The position numbers and the translations under genes are program-made. A stretch of DNA of 64,000 bases from an uncultured candidate division Zixibacteria bacterium (GTDB taxonomy: Bacteria; Zixibacteria; MSB-5A5; GN15; FEB-12). The stretch lies in NCBI GenBank assembly GCA_963664195.1, contig OY760907.1, positions 3,008,001 to 3,072,000 of the forward strand. Direction: 5' to 3'. Shown in pieces: positions 37,744 to 49,151 of the stretch (the stretch's first letter is position 1; each line of letters begins with the position of its first letter). The notes below the pieces were generated by a model. It worked only from the letters and a program-made list of their open reading frames with translations, was not told where the DNA came from and searched no databases.

Positions 37744-38283
37744 ATGGCAGAAAAAGAAAAGGGTCTGTTAGTTGTTTACACCGGCAATGGCAAAGGCAAG
37801 ACGACGGCTGCTCTCGGAATGTGCGTGCGGGCAGTGGGATACAAGTGGCGTATCTGCATCATTCAGTTTGTCAAGGGGAGCTGGAAATACGGTGAGCTGA
37901 AGGGTCTCAAGCAACTCCAACCCGAAATCGAATTGCACGTGATCGGGGAGGGGTTTGTGGGGATCGTCGATGATACCAAGGACTTTGAGGAACACCGTGA
38001 GGCGGCTCAGAAAGGGATCGCACTGGCGGTGGAACGGATTAAATCGCGTGAACACCGGCTGATCATTGTAGACGAGCTGAATGTCGCACTGGACCTGGGG
38101 CTGGTGAGCCGGGAGGAAACGGAGACGGTGTTGGATGCGGTCGACGATACCCAGCATCTGGTTGTCACGGGTCGAGGTGCTCCCGACTGGTTGATCGAGC
38201 GCGCCGATCTTGTGACCGAGATGACGGAAATCAAGCACCCGTATCAGAAGGGTATTCTGGCGCAGAAAGGTGTAGATTGGTAG
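37744..38283 (+). CDS. cobO: Cob(I)yrinic acid a,c-diamide adenosyltransferase
   Basis: YTGNGKGKTTAALG, IQFVKG, VDE, TGR, ADLVTEM..IKHPY..G. Confidence 0.93.
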   Translation: MAEKEKGLLVVYTGNGKGKTTAALGMCVRAVGYKWRICIIQFVKGSWKYGELKGLKQLQPEIELHVIGEGFVGIVDDTKDFEEHREAAQKGIALAVERIKSREHRLIIVDELNVALDLGLVSREETETVLDAVDDTQHLVVTGRGAPDWLIERADLVTEMTEIKHPYQKGILAQKGVDW

Positions 38284-38365
38284 GGGTTGATGAGGCGGCA
38301 GGAATTGCTTACTTTTGGAGGTGCAGACTTCGACAGGAGGCTGTGTCGTAGTAGGTGAAGCAGGT

Positions 38366-38444
38366 GCAGACGAGGGCGTCTGCCGCCCACAGATTGATTG
38401 AACGCGACCTTAGAGGTGTCGAAACTGCACGAGTTTCGACCTGC
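38366..38444 (-). repeat. Cluster of REP-like hairpins, including family B copy 2
   Basis: GCAGACG-aggg-CGTCTGC followed by cgc-CCAC; GTCGAAACT-gcacg-AGTTTCGAC-CTGC. Confidence 0.7.
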
Positions 38445-38603
38445 CGTGCTCTTTCAATAGTGTACACGTCGACGGGCTCGGCCTGACTTGTTGACAGTGG
38501 GTCGGTGGTGCGGGAGATAGATGAGAACTAATCGTCGAGATGCCCTGTTGCATCACAGTGATAATAGTACTGGAACGGAATCAGGCGAGTAAGGAACAGA
38601 TCA

Positions 38604-39557
38604 ATGGCTGAAGAGAAAATCTATGATGTGGTGATTGTCGGCGCGGGGCCGGGAGGATTATGCGCCGGGCTGTATTCGGCGCGGGCACGTCGAAAAGTGG
38701 TCTGCCTCGAGAGGTTTATTCCGGGAGGTCAGATTGCGAATACCGGGGAAGTCGAGGACTATCTTGGTTTCAAGCACATATCAGGCAGTGAGTTGTCTGA
38801 GAAGTTCGCCGACCATGCGAAAAGTTTCGGTCTTGAGATCGACATGGAAGAGGTCGAGGAAGTCTATCAGGAAGGTGACGAGCACGTCACTCGTTGCGCC
38901 TCCGGCAACATATATCGTTCCAGGGCGGTGATTCTGTCCACGGGTGGTTCTCCGGTCTATCTGGGGGTGCCGGGGGAAAAGGAATACTCCGGCAAGGGTG
39001 TGTCGTACTGCGCGATTTGCGACGGTGCTTTCTTCCGCGACAAAGTGATGGCGGTGGTAGGCGGGGGTGATTCGGCTGTGGAGGAGGGTATCTTCCTGAC
39101 CAAGTTTGCCTCCAAGGTGTATATCATTCATCGGCGCGACGAACTCCGTGCTGCGAAAATTGCCCAGAAGCGGGCATTCGATAATGACAAAGTCGAAATC
39201 CTCTGGGACACCGTTGTCGAATCTATCAACGGCGACGGAACCCGTGTGACCGATCTCACGCTTAAGAATGTGAAAACGGGGGAGACCTCGAAGCTTGAGG
39301 TTGGAGCGGTGTTCCCGTACCTGGGTTTCCGCCCCAACTCGAATATCACTCGCGAAGAATTGAAGAAGGACGACGGCGGATACATCCTGACGGACTATCG
39401 CATGGAGACGTCGATTAAGGGAGTGTTTGCGTGCGGTGACTGCCGGATGCAGCTCGTACGTCAGGTCACTAATGCGGTCGGTGACGGAACCACGGCGGCT
39501 GTGGCGGCTGAGAAGCACATCGAGGAACTTGAGGACAAAGAGGCCAACCGGTCCTGA
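38604..39557 (+). CDS. trxB: Thioredoxin-disulfide reductase
   Basis: GAGPGG, GKGVSYCAICDG, GGGDSAVEE, HRRDELRA, GD. Confidence 0.95.
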   Translation: MAEEKIYDVVIVGAGPGGLCAGLYSARARRKVVCLERFIPGGQIANTGEVEDYLGFKHISGSELSEKFADHAKSFGLEIDMEEVEEVYQEGDEHVTRCASGNIYRSRAVILSTGGSPVYLGVPGEKEYSGKGVSYCAICDGAFFRDKVMAVVGGGDSAVEEGIFLTKFASKVYIIHRRDELRAAKIAQKRAFDNDKVEILWDTVVESINGDGTRVTDLTLKNVKTGETSKLEVGAVFPYLGFRPNSNITREELKKDDGGYILTDYRMETSIKGVFACGDCRMQLVRQVTNAVGDGTTAAVAAEKHIEELEDKEANRS

Positions 39558-39581
39558 TTGTCGTCGACTGTTATGCATATG

Positions 39582-39608
39582 AAAGGCCCGCTATCCGGCG
39601 GGCTTTTT
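39582..39608 (+). terminator. Rho-independent terminator
   Basis: AAAGGCCCGC-tatccg-GCGGGCTTTT. Confidence 0.85.
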
Positions 39609-39688
39609 TAATGTGACCAGATAGTTGGCCAGTCTTGAACAATCCGCCAAAGGCGTACGTTTTTGTGCCATGTTAGTACGTATTGAAA

Positions 39689-39733
39689 AAGTGATAAATT
39701 TCACTTGCGGTAAGACGCTGTGGGGGATATATT
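39689..39733 (+). promoter_or_regulatory. Palindromic operator (Rex- or CRP-like) abutting the hppA promoter
   Basis: AAGTGA-TAAATT-TCACTT, then TTGCGG-N17-TATATT. Confidence 0.55.
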
Positions 39734-39804
39734 TGCACGTTGTTTTATACGGAAACTGAAGTGTAACTAGTTGAATTGTATCGCCTTAACGGGAGAGGTT
39801 AGCA

Positions 39805-41811
39805 ATGGACAACACTGGTATGTTGGCCGCAGGTATTGGGGTAATTGGTCTCATATTTGCGATCTTACTGTTCGTTTGGATCAGATCCAAATCTGCCGGA
39901 AACGAAGTAATGCAGGAAATCGCAGGTCAGATCCATGATGGTGCGATGGTATTCCTCAAGCGGGAATACTCGATTCTAGTCGTTTTCATCGTTATTGTGT
40001 TTGGCCTTCTTGCATGGAAGATTGGTTTGCAGACGGGATACGCGTTCCTTGGTGGAACGTTCTGCTCGATGTTGGCCGGTTATATTGGCATGAAGGCAGC
40101 CACATCCGCCAATGTGCGCACATGCGCCGCCGCCAAAGACAAGGGACAGGCCGCAGCCCTTTCAGTCGCCTTCTCAGGTGGCGCCGTGATGGGTATGACG
40201 GTTGCATCGCTCGGTCTGATCGGTGTGGGCGTCGCGTTCTACTTCTTCGGCGGTGATCCGAAGACTGCCTCGATTATTAACGGTTTTGCCATGGGTGCTT
40301 CCTCGATTGCGTTGTTCGCGCGTGTTGGTGGCGGTATCTATACGAAGGCCGCCGATGTCGGCGCTGACCTCGTAGGTAAAGTTGAGGCCGGTATTCCTGA
40401 AGATGATCCGCGTAACCCTGCGGTGATCGCTGACAACGTTGGTGACAACGTTGGTGATACGGCCGGTATGGGGGCCGATCTTTTCGAGTCCTACTGCGGC
40501 TCGATCATTGCCACCATCGCTATCGCAGCGACTGTGACAGGCGGCTCGGAGATCGTGCGCGAAATCATGGAGCAGCGGTTGGCATACATGCAACTGCCTC
40601 TGCTGATCGTCGCCTTCGGTGCGCTGGCATCAATTCTTGGAGTGCTTTCCGTGCGTTTGTTCTCCTCGATGAACCCCGCCGCCACGCTTCGCCTCGTCAC
40701 CTACGTTGGTGCTCTGGTCATGCTGGTTGGTGCCTGGTACATCATTGACTACATGGGACTTGACCAGAAAGTGTTCTGGGCGATTCTCGCAGGTAACGTG
40801 GCCGGTATCATTCTCGGCCTGTTGACAGAGTATTACACGGCTGCGAAGCCGGTTCGGGATATTGCAGAGTCTTCACTTACCGGTGCCGCCACGAACATCA
40901 TCAACGGTCTTGCCGTTGGTATGGAATCGGTAGTGCTTCCGGTTATCGTGATTTGTGGTGCCATCTTCACCGGATACCAGTTCGCCGGCCTGTACGGTAT
41001 CGGCATTGCCGGTGTTGGTATGCTGGCCACGATCGGTGTAACGATGTCCGTTGACGCTTACGGTCCTATCGCTGACAACGCCGGTGGTATCTCCGAAATG
41101 TCGGGTCTTGGCAAAGACGTCCGCGCTATCACTGACCGTTTGGATTCCCTGGGTAACACGACTGCCGCTATCGGTAAGGGTTTTGCTATCGGTTCCGCCG
41201 CCCTGACCGCGCTGGCCCTGTTCTCGGCCTACGCTTCGGCGGTGAAACTCGAAGGCATCAACATCCTCGATGTGAAAGTTGTGATCGGCTTCTTCATTGG
41301 CGGCTCGCTGCCGTTCCTGGTTGCCGCCATGACAATGACTGCAGTTGGTAAGGCTGCTGCAGAGATGGTGGAGGAAGTCCGCCGTCAGTTCCGTGAGATC
41401 AAGGGTCTCATGGAAGGTAAAGCCAAACCGGACACCAAGAAGTGTGTGGACATTGCGACTACAGGAGCTCTTCGCCAGATGGTTGCTCCGGGTGTTGTTG
41501 CGGTGGCCGCTCCGATTATCGTCGGTTACCTGCTTGAGAAAGAAGCTCTCGGCGGTATGTTGGCCGGTGCTACCATGTCTGGTGTTATGATGGCCCTTAT
41601 GATGGCCAACGCCGGTGGTGCCTGGGATAACGCCAAGAAGCTTATTGAATCCGGCGCCCACGGCGGCAAAGGCTCCGACGCCCATAAGGCTGCCGTTGTT
41701 GGTGACACCGTAGGTGATCCTTTCAAAGACACCTCCGGCCCGGCGATGAACATTCTCATCAAGCTGATGGCTATCGTGTCTCTCGTAGTTGGTTCCGCGC
41801 TGTTTGCGTAG
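39805..41811 (+). CDS. hppA: Membrane pyrophosphatase, K+-dependent, probably Na+-translocating
   Basis: [49 protein letters not shown]. Confidence 0.95.
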   Translation: MDNTGMLAAGIGVIGLIFAILLFVWIRSKSAGNEVMQEIAGQIHDGAMVFLKREYSILVVFIVIVFGLLAWKIGLQTGYAFLGGTFCSMLAGYIGMKAATSANVRTCAAAKDKGQAAALSVAFSGGAVMGMTVASLGLIGVGVAFYFFGGDPKTASIINGFAMGASSIALFARVGGGIYTKAADVGADLVGKVEAGIPEDDPRNPAVIADNVGDNVGDTAGMGADLFESYCGSIIATIAIAATVTGGSEIVREIMEQRLAYMQLPLLIVAFGALASILGVLSVRLFSSMNPAATLRLVTYVGALVMLVGAWYIIDYMGLDQKVFWAILAGNVAGIILGLLTEYYTAAKPVRDIAESSLTGAATNIINGLAVGMESVVLPVIVICGAIFTGYQFAGLYGIGIAGVGMLATIGVTMSVDAYGPIADNAGGISEMSGLGKDVRAITDRLDSLGNTTAAIGKGFAIGSAALTALALFSAYASAVKLEGINILDVKVVIGFFIGGSLPFLVAAMTMTAVGKAAAEMVEEVRRQFREIKGLMEGKAKPDTKKCVDIATTGALRQMVAPGVVAVAAPIIVGYLLEKEALGGMLAGATMSGVMMALMMANAGGAWDNAKKLIESGAHGGKGSDAHKAAVVGDTVGDPFKDTSGPAMNILIKLMAIVSLVVGSALFA

Positions 41812-41833
41812 GCACAAGCGAGATTGATCATTG

Positions 41834-41866
41834 AAAGGGTCGGGTCTTTTTCCCGACCCTTTTTTT
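41834..41866 (+). terminator. Rho-independent terminator
   Basis: AAAGGGTCGGG...CCCGACCCTTT followed by a T run. Confidence 0.85.
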
Positions 41867-41984
41867 ATTTGAATAGGCGGGGGGCTTTCGAGTATGCTGT
41901 CATATTAAGAGGACTTTCTCAACAGCTATCCGAACATTCGTCCGGTAGGCCCGCAGAGCGGGACAGAACGGAGGAGAATTGACT

Positions 41985-42707
41985 ATGACCGATGAACAAA
42001 GTGTAATGCCAGAACCAACACCACCCGTCCAGGCAGACTCAGGCCTGTCTTTCAAGGGATTGTGGCAGGTGCTGGTCAGCCCGGGGGAGTTTTTTGAGAA
42101 GCTGAAGGATAATCCGAAGACGCTATTGGCCTACTTGGTCTACGTCTCCTGTGCGGCACTGTTCTTTGTCGCAGTCGGAGATTACCTCCTGGAAATCCAA
42201 ATGAAGGTCCTGGAGGCGCAGGGACAGCCCACGGCACAGATGCCTCAACACGTCATGAAGATGTTCATGGTCGGTGGTGGAGTAATCTCGATTGGCCTGA
42301 TTCCTCTTGTTACTGCGGCCTTTGCGATGTTTTTCGGAAACGTGTTCATGGAGGGGAGAGCGAAATTCAAGCAGTTGCTTTCGGTGGCGCTCTATTCAGG
42401 CTTCATATATGCGCTCGGGTTCCTGGCCGTGATTCCGCTAGTCTACGCCAAAGACAGTGCGATGGTTTCGTATTCTCTGGCGACGTTTGTCGCCGATCAG
42501 GGAATGCAAAGCGTATCGTACCAGGTGTTGTCCAAAGTAGGCCTGTTTTACATCTGGGAGTTCATCGTGGCCGGCATAGGATTCGCGAAGATCTACAACT
42601 GGTCGACCAACAAGGGAATGGTGTTGGCGGCGCTTTCGCTTGGCCTGCTGTCGTTGCTACACGTAGCCTCGACCGTGCTCGGATCGGCATTCGGACCACA
42701 GGGGTAG
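41985..42707 (+). CDS. Yip1-family membrane protein
   Basis: VLVSPGEFFEKL motif, about 5 TMs; upstream of a Mac-type exporter. Confidence 0.75.
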   Translation: MTDEQSVMPEPTPPVQADSGLSFKGLWQVLVSPGEFFEKLKDNPKTLLAYLVYVSCAALFFVAVGDYLLEIQMKVLEAQGQPTAQMPQHVMKMFMVGGGVISIGLIPLVTAAFAMFFGNVFMEGRAKFKQLLSVALYSGFIYALGFLAVIPLVYAKDSAMVSYSLATFVADQGMQSVSYQVLSKVGLFYIWEFIVAGIGFAKIYNWSTNKGMVLAALSLGLLSLLHVASTVLGSAFGPQG

Positions 42708-42842
42708 TGGAACATCACTTGCGTAGAGTGATACAGTATCGGAACCGGAGGGTCGTTTTCGGCCCTCCGATTTTCTCTCGAATTTCACCGTCGAACGGAA
42801 GTAATGAGGTAGAATCCGGGGAACACATACCTCTTGCGAATG

Positions 42843-42870
42843 TGAAACATTAGTACACGGGTTTCGTCTA
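42843..42870 (+). promoter_or_regulatory. ECF-sigma promoter of the tolC-ABC operon
   Basis: TGAAAC-N16-CGTCTA. Confidence 0.65.
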
Positions 42871-43089
42871 GTGGGAGTAGATAGGAAAAGAATGACACCC
42901 GGTGGATCCGGCGCCTTCGGGCGCGACGCAGTACTGGATTTGGAGCGGGTCCGCCAAAACAGTTTCTCAGATATTATGAGCCTTCCAGAAACATAAGCGA
43001 GTAGTTGTCGGTCGTATGCGTAGGTATGCTTCCGGCGTGTAGCCAAACTGGACAGCCATAACCAACATGATCTTGTAATGGAGTGTTTG

Positions 43090-44478
43090 ATGAGACGGAT
43101 TGCGATGTTTCTCGTGGCCCTGTTCCTGCTGAGTACGGCAGCCGGGGCGGTACAGGCGAAAGAGCTTACGCTGGATGACTGTATCGATTTGGCCCTGAAG
43201 AACCGTGCCTCGATCATAAGAGCAAGAGGTGCTGAATCAATGGCCGGGGCGGCGAAGATGTCGGCGTTGGGTGCGTTTCTTCCGAATATCCGGGGATCGT
43301 ATTCCTACAGCAAAGGCAAGGAATCCAATATCGATCCGGCGAACGAGAGGGGAGTCGGCGATCCTTTTGTGAAATTCGATACAGTGATTGTGGGTGCGGA
43401 CACGGCCATTGATGCCGGATACGCGTATGGATCGTACGAGACGGTCGAGGAACAGGATCAAGGTCCGAGCAAATCCTTATATGCCCGAGCAGACATGTCC
43501 GTATTCAATCTGGCCAACTGGTTTGATCTGGCGTCCGCCAACGCGTCCAGAGCGCGTGCTCATCTAGACGTATTGGCCTCGGAGCAGGACTTGATCTACT
43601 CCGTCAAAGTCTCCTACTACGGATACCTTGCGTCGGAGGAGAATCTCGACGTTCAGGAAGAGGCGGTGAAGCGAGCCGACGAGCAGTTGAAGCTGATACA
43701 GTCGCGATATGATCTGGGGTCGGCGTCGCTGTCCGATGTTCTCAAGCAGAAGGTGCAGTTTGGAAATGATCGGCTGGCGCTCCTTCGTGCTCAGAACGGT
43801 GTAACGAATTCCAAGGCAGACCTGGCGTACACGATCGGGATCGACCCGCGTCAGGAGCACGAGTTTGCCACTGGCTATGCAGTAGGCGGATACGACGGAA
43901 CTCTGGACGATGCGGTGGATTTCGGATTAACGAACAATCCGGGCCTACTCGGTCAGATGAAGACAGTTGACGAGGCAAGACACGGCGTTTGGTCGGCGAA
44001 GTCAGGCTATTTGCCTACGTTGTCGGTCTACGCGGATTATCGCAAATTCAACGGCACTCAGGCCTACCCGGTCTCTTTCGATTATTCTTCAAACACGAGA
44101 TCATACGGGTTTACCGTGAGTTGGAATATCTTCGACGGGTTCTTCCGTGAACGGAGTGTCACGAATGCCAAGATATCTCACAACAACGCCCGCGCTGCTC
44201 TGGCTGACACGCGTAATTTAACTGCCAGCCGGGTGAAGACGGCGTACCTGGACATCGATCAGCTCAAAGAGCAGAAGACGGTTTCTTCGGAGAATGTCGC
44301 TGCGGCTGAAGAAGATCTGAAAATTACTCAGGAGAAGTACAATCTCGGGGCAGCCACGATTCTGGATCTGCTGGACGCACAGGTGTCATTGAAGCAGGCG
44401 CAGGTGGCACTTATACAGGTGGATTTTGATCTGAACCTGGCGATTGCAAAACTCGAAAACGCCATGGGGAAGATGTAG
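43090..44478 (+). CDS. tolC: TolC family outer-membrane efflux protein
   Basis: Signal peptide; LTLDDCI..ALKN; two OEP repeats (RYDLG / KYNLG..TILDLLDAQ). Confidence 0.88.
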   Translation: MRRIAMFLVALFLLSTAAGAVQAKELTLDDCIDLALKNRASIIRARGAESMAGAAKMSALGAFLPNIRGSYSYSKGKESNIDPANERGVGDPFVKFDTVIVGADTAIDAGYAYGSYETVEEQDQGPSKSLYARADMSVFNLANWFDLASANASRARAHLDVLASEQDLIYSVKVSYYGYLASEENLDVQEEAVKRADEQLKLIQSRYDLGSASLSDVLKQKVQFGNDRLALLRAQNGVTNSKADLAYTIGIDPRQEHEFATGYAVGGYDGTLDDAVDFGLTNNPGLLGQMKTVDEARHGVWSAKSGYLPTLSVYADYRKFNGTQAYPVSFDYSSNTRSYGFTVSWNIFDGFFRERSVTNAKISHNNARAALADTRNLTASRVKTAYLDIDQLKEQKTVSSENVAAAEEDLKITQEKYNLGAATILDLLDAQVSLKQAQVALIQVDFDLNLAIAKLENAMGKM

Positions 44479-44502
44479 GCGTAAAGCAAAGGGTCGAGAG
44501 AG

Positions 44503-45801
44503 ATGAAGAACAAAAAGGTCTTAATCATTTCACTGGTTGTAATTGTCGTCGCAGTACTGGTGACGGTCAACCTTACGATGGAAACGTCCAGCGGCGAGAA
44601 AGTGTTTGCCGAGGAAGTCGAAACGCGGGACATCGTGGAAGAGGTATCTGCCTCGGGTCGTATCCAGCCGCAAACCAAGGTTGATATCACCTCGGAGATC
44701 AACGGTGAGATCATCGCCCTCCCGGTTCACGAGGGACAGCACGTCAAGGCCGGTGATCTGCTGGTAGTGCTTGATACGGTGCAGACCGCTTCCGACGTAG
44801 AGCAGGCGAGGTATCGTCTTGATGAGATGAATGCACGTCTGGAAGGTGCCAAGGTGACTCTGGAGCAGGCTGAAGACGAATTCAATCGTCAGGAGAAACT
44901 CTTTGACAAAAACCACTCCACTGAGACGATCTTCAAGAACGCCAAGTATGCCTTCTTGAATTCCAAAGCCAGCTACGAGGCTATGCAGGCTCAGGCGGAG
45001 CAGATCAGATCTGCGTATGACAAACAACTGGATTACTTTCAGAAGTCAAAGATAACGGCTCCGATGTCGGGCATTATCACGTTTCTCGATGTGGAGGTCG
45101 GCGAAATCGCGGCCGCCCAGACTGCCTTCACGCAGGGCAAGACCCTGATGACGATCTCCAATCTTGAGGTTTTCGAGGTTGAGGTCGAGGTCGATGAGAC
45201 TGAGATCAACAAGGTTGCGCTCGGACAGAAGGCCAATATCGAAGTTGATGCAATGCCTGATACCACGTTTGACGGTCGGGTGGTCGAGATCGGCAACACC
45301 GCGGTTATGGCCGCCTATGGGAGTCAGGACCAGTCGACGAACTTCAAGGTGAAGGTGACGTTTGTCGATGCCAATCCGGTCTTGCGTCCGGGTATGTCGG
45401 CTACGGTGGACATTACCACAGAGGAAGAACTGGGGACGCTCACGGTGCCGTTCAGCGCGGTGGTGGTACGTGCGTACGATCTGGATTCGCTTTTGGCCGC
45501 CCGTGCAGGTAGTACCGCCGAAAACGGCGCAGTCCAGGCTGCCGAGGTCGACGAAGACACGGTTGCCAGGGAAAAGGACAATGATGAGCCGGAAGAGCTG
45601 AAGGGTGTATTCCTTGTGAGAGAAGGCAAGGCCCTGTTTGCCGAAGTGAAGACTGGCATTGCAGACCATAAGAACATCCAGATTATTGGAGGCGTCAACG
45701 AGGGTGACTCGGTCATTGTCGGACCGTATCGTCTGCTTCGCTCCATCAAAGACAACGCCGATATCGAGGCGATCGCAAAACCGACCAACGAGGAGAAGTA
45801 G
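44503..45801 (+). CDS. Efflux periplasmic adaptor (MacA-like)
   Basis: ASGRIQP..VDI.SEING.I..L.V.EG..VKAG, APMSG, VDETEI, LRPGMSA. Confidence 0.9.
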   Translation: MKNKKVLIISLVVIVVAVLVTVNLTMETSSGEKVFAEEVETRDIVEEVSASGRIQPQTKVDITSEINGEIIALPVHEGQHVKAGDLLVVLDTVQTASDVEQARYRLDEMNARLEGAKVTLEQAEDEFNRQEKLFDKNHSTETIFKNAKYAFLNSKASYEAMQAQAEQIRSAYDKQLDYFQKSKITAPMSGIITFLDVEVGEIAAAQTAFTQGKTLMTISNLEVFEVEVEVDETEINKVALGQKANIEVDAMPDTTFDGRVVEIGNTAVMAAYGSQDQSTNFKVKVTFVDANPVLRPGMSATVDITTEEELGTLTVPFSAVVVRAYDLDSLLAARAGSTAENGAVQAAEVDEDTVAREKDNDEPEELKGVFLVREGKALFAEVKTGIADHKNIQIIGGVNEGDSVIVGPYRLLRSIKDNADIEAIAKPTNEEK

Positions 45802-45806
45802 CAGAT

Positions 45807-46514
45807 ATGGCGCTCATTGAGACTGAGAATCTCTGGAAAACATACACGATGGGATCCGAAGCGGTGCACGCCCTTCGCGGTGTTACGATGCAGATCGAAA
45901 AGGGTGAGTACGTGGCGATTATGGGGCCGTCCGGATCGGGTAAGTCAACCCTGATGAACCTCATCGGCTGTCTGGATACTCCGACCAAAGGTGACTACTT
46001 GCTCAACGGCAAGCACGTCGGGACTATGGATGACAACGAACTGGCCTCGATCCGCAATCGTGAGATCGGATTCGTATTTCAGACGTTCAACCTGCTGCCG
46101 AGAGCGACCTCGCTGCACAATGTGGAACTGCCGCTGATCTACAACGGCTCATCTACCGCCGAGCGCGAGGAGAAGGCAAAACTGGCCCTCACCAGGGTAC
46201 AGTTGGGAGATCGGATGCTTCACAAACCGAGCGAGCTATCCGGCGGGCAACGGCAGCGTGTGGCGGTGGCGCGAGCGCTAGTGAACGACCCTTCGCTTAT
46301 TCTGGCAGATGAACCGACCGGCAATCTCGATAGCAAAACGTCAGAGGAAATCATGAGACTGTTCGATGATCTCTGGAGAGCCGGCAACACGATTATCACC
46401 GTAACGCACGAGATGGACATTGCCAAACACGCCCGGAGGGTCTTGTCTATCCTGGACGGCAAACTTGCCTCCGACGAAGTCGTACCGGAAAACGAACGCA
46501 ACGGAATCCACTGA
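45807..46514 (+). CDS. ABC transporter ATPase (MacB/LolD-like)
   Basis: [38 protein letters not shown]. Confidence 0.93.
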   Translation: MALIETENLWKTYTMGSEAVHALRGVTMQIEKGEYVAIMGPSGSGKSTLMNLIGCLDTPTKGDYLLNGKHVGTMDDNELASIRNREIGFVFQTFNLLPRATSLHNVELPLIYNGSSTAEREEKAKLALTRVQLGDRMLHKPSELSGGQRQRVAVARALVNDPSLILADEPTGNLDSKTSEEIMRLFDDLWRAGNTIITVTHEMDIAKHARRVLSILDGKLASDEVVPENERNGIH

Positions 46515-46522
46515 GGCTGTAG

Positions 46523-47755
46523 ATGACGATGAGAATCATCGGTTCCATATTTCGTGTGGCCCTGGATGCACTACTCGCCAACAAGCTTCGTTCTGGCCTG
46601 ACCTTCCTTGGCGTGGTGATCGGGGTGACTTCGGTCATGACGATTATCTCGGCGCTTGAAGGGATGATGGGACAGGTCGAAGAGGTCATGGACACGCTCG
46701 GGCCGAGCACGTTCATGGTTGACCGGCACATGGGATTCATCACATCAGACGAACAGTGGCGTGAGGTCCGCAAGCGCAAACCGATTGATCTCAAAACGGC
46801 CGAGGCCATTGAAGAGAACTGCACACTGTGCGAGAAAGTCTCTCCGAGGACGTTTTCCGGTGCGCGTTTGAAGTACGGATCACAGCAGCTTCGCGATGTC
46901 GGCGTGATGGCCGGTACTTCGGAGTTTGTAGACATCGTAGATTTTGAAGAGTCTATTGGCAGATTCCATTCGGCCGAGGATGATTTCCATCGACGTCGGG
47001 TTGCGTTTATCGGTGAGGATGTGAGAGAGGCCTTTTTTGCGGGTCTCGATCCACTCGGGAAGCAACTCAAGGTCAACGGCATCAAATACACGGTAATCGG
47101 CGTTGCCAAGAAACGTGGCATGATGTTCGGCGAGAGTCAGGACAAGTATATCGTCATTCCTCTTTCGACTTTTGTGCGACAGTTTGGAGAGCCCCGCTAC
47201 GGTCTTAACGTGGTGATCAAGGCCGGTTCAATCGCACAACTGGAAGAGTGCATGGATGAAGTCCGGGTGATTCTCAGATCGCATCGAAACGTTCCCTACG
47301 ACAAACCGGATGATTTCGATATGCTCACCGCTGACAGCGCTATGGACATGTTCAACGAGTTTACGCGGATGTTCCGCATTGTATTGATCGGGATATCAGC
47401 CATCTCGCTTGTGATAGGAGGAATCGTCGTGATGAATATCATGATGGTGTCTGTCACGGAACGGACGCGGGAGATCGGTATCCGAAAGTCCCTCGGAGCC
47501 AGGCGAAGCCATATCATGTGGCAGTTCCTCTTTGAGTCTGTGACGATTACGTTCACGGGTGGGCTATTGGGCATAGGACTTGGTTTCATCATAGCAAGGA
47601 TACTTGTCGGTATGATCGACATGAGCATTGATCCGTCAATGATGGCCATATTTTCCGGATTGATTGTTTCGGGCGGCATTGGACTCGTCTCCGGCGTATA
47701 TCCGGCGATGAAAGCGGCCCGGCTTGACCCTGTAAAAGCGCTCAGCTACGAGTAG
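46523..47755 (+). CDS. ABC transporter permease (MacB/FtsX-like)
   Basis: [47 protein letters not shown]. Confidence 0.92.
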   Translation: MTMRIIGSIFRVALDALLANKLRSGLTFLGVVIGVTSVMTIISALEGMMGQVEEVMDTLGPSTFMVDRHMGFITSDEQWREVRKRKPIDLKTAEAIEENCTLCEKVSPRTFSGARLKYGSQQLRDVGVMAGTSEFVDIVDFEESIGRFHSAEDDFHRRRVAFIGEDVREAFFAGLDPLGKQLKVNGIKYTVIGVAKKRGMMFGESQDKYIVIPLSTFVRQFGEPRYGLNVVIKAGSIAQLEECMDEVRVILRSHRNVPYDKPDDFDMLTADSAMDMFNEFTRMFRIVLIGISAISLVIGGIVVMNIMMVSVTERTREIGIRKSLGARRSHIMWQFLFESVTITFTGGLLGIGLGFIIARILVGMIDMSIDPSMMAIFSGLIVSGGIGLVSGVYPAMKAARLDPVKALSYE

Positions 47756-47764
47756 TGGTGGATT

Positions 47765-49018
47765 ATGATACTGACTCCGGTTGAAATACGTGATGCCATC
47801 CTGATGGCATTCTCCTCTGCCAGGTCCAACAAGTTCAGATCGTTCATGACGATTCTCGGCGTGATGGTCGGAGTAGCCTCGGTAATCGCGATGGCCTCGG
47901 TTATCGACGGACTCGACGGTGCCGTCGAGGGAGAGATTGACCGTCTTGGCAGTAACGTCATCATGGTTCACAAATTCGCGCACGATACCGATTGGGACAA
48001 CCTCTCTGATGAAGAGCGTAATCGGAAGGCGATCACGGTGGGGGAGGCCGAGGCTATTTTGCAGGGCTGTCCCTCGGTGAGCGCGGTGGCACCACGCAAC
48101 TACTACTTCCGTCAGGGGGGCAATGAGGCCAAGTTCAAGAATCGCAAATTCGACGGTCCTGCGCTGATGGGTACCTGGCCCTCGTACACAGTCGTTCGCG
48201 AGAAGAACATGTCAAAAGGGCGATTTTTCACGCCCACCGACGAGCAGTACCGGCTCATGGTTTGCTGTCTCGGATCTGATGTTGCCGAGGGGCTTTTTGA
48301 GGACGAGGAACCGGTCGGTCAGGAGATACGGGTCAACGGAGATAAATTCCGTGTGGTAGGTGTTTTTGAAAACGTCAAATCGAATTTCGGAGGCGGAAAC
48401 AGCGAAAATCGCCAGATTTGCATTCCGCTTGGAACTTATCAGAAATTGATCCCGTGGGAAAAAGAGCTTGGTTTGGATGTCCGTGCAGTCAGCTATGACC
48501 TGATTGATCAGGCTAAGGAAGAGATTACTACGGCCTTGCGGATTTATCGCAAAGTTCCGTTTAACAAACCGGACGATTTCGCTCTATCCACACAGGATCA
48601 GTTCAAGGACGAGTTTGGCACGATCACAGACGGTATCTATATCGCTATGATTATTATTACTTCTGTGGGACTGATGGTTGGTGGAATCGGCGTGATGAAC
48701 ATCATGTTGGTGTCGGTAACCGAACGCACGCGTGAAATCGGCGTCCGCAAGGCGATAGGAGCCAAACGATCCAATATCGTCCTCCAGTTCCTGACCGAAG
48801 CGATGTCACTCTCCGGCATAGGAGGGGTGATTGGCATTATTTTTGGCCTGATCCTCGGCATCCTGATAAACAACCTGGCATCTTTCCCCGTCACATTACC
48901 TGTGTTCTGGGTAGTTGTCGGTTTTATGGTCTCTGTGACTGTGGGACTGGTTTCAGGCGTGTACCCGGCCTTCAAGGCGGCCAAGCTCGATCCAATCGAG
49001 GCGCTCCGTTACGAGTAA
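47765..49018 (+). CDS. Second ABC transporter permease (MacB/FtsX-like)
   Basis: [45 protein letters not shown]. Confidence 0.92.
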   Translation: MILTPVEIRDAILMAFSSARSNKFRSFMTILGVMVGVASVIAMASVIDGLDGAVEGEIDRLGSNVIMVHKFAHDTDWDNLSDEERNRKAITVGEAEAILQGCPSVSAVAPRNYYFRQGGNEAKFKNRKFDGPALMGTWPSYTVVREKNMSKGRFFTPTDEQYRLMVCCLGSDVAEGLFEDEEPVGQEIRVNGDKFRVVGVFENVKSNFGGGNSENRQICIPLGTYQKLIPWEKELGLDVRAVSYDLIDQAKEEITTALRIYRKVPFNKPDDFALSTQDQFKDEFGTITDGIYIAMIIITSVGLMVGGIGVMNIMLVSVTERTREIGVRKAIGAKRSNIVLQFLTEAMSLSGIGGVIGIIFGLILGILINNLASFPVTLPVFWVVVGFMVSVTVGLVSGVYPAFKAAKLDPIEALRYE

Positions 49019-49091
49019 CCTGCTTCACCCACCCAAGATCGACAAGCCATCCCATTTGAAACTTGCCCGACCCGACGGACATCATTAGATT

Positions 49092-49118
49092 GGAACCTGA
49101 CGGTTTTGGGGTCGTTTA
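49092..49118 (+). promoter_or_regulatory. ECF-sigma-like promoter of the GWxTD pair
   Basis: GGAAC-N16-CGTTTA; a second TGAAAC-N17-CATC lies just upstream. Confidence 0.5.
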
Positions 49119-49151
49119 ATAAATGATGACGGTCGCAGGCGGGAGAAAGCC

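Noticed and set aside
38524..38550. SigR/SigH-like promoter (GAAC-N18-GTT) before trxB
   Set aside because: The match is too short to distinguish from chance
40873..41817. Long antisense ORFs (also 19485-20561, 24335-25459, 55449-56471, 61117-62382)
   Set aside because: They shadow well-supported genes on the opposite strand and lack recognisable motifs; this is expected from codon bias
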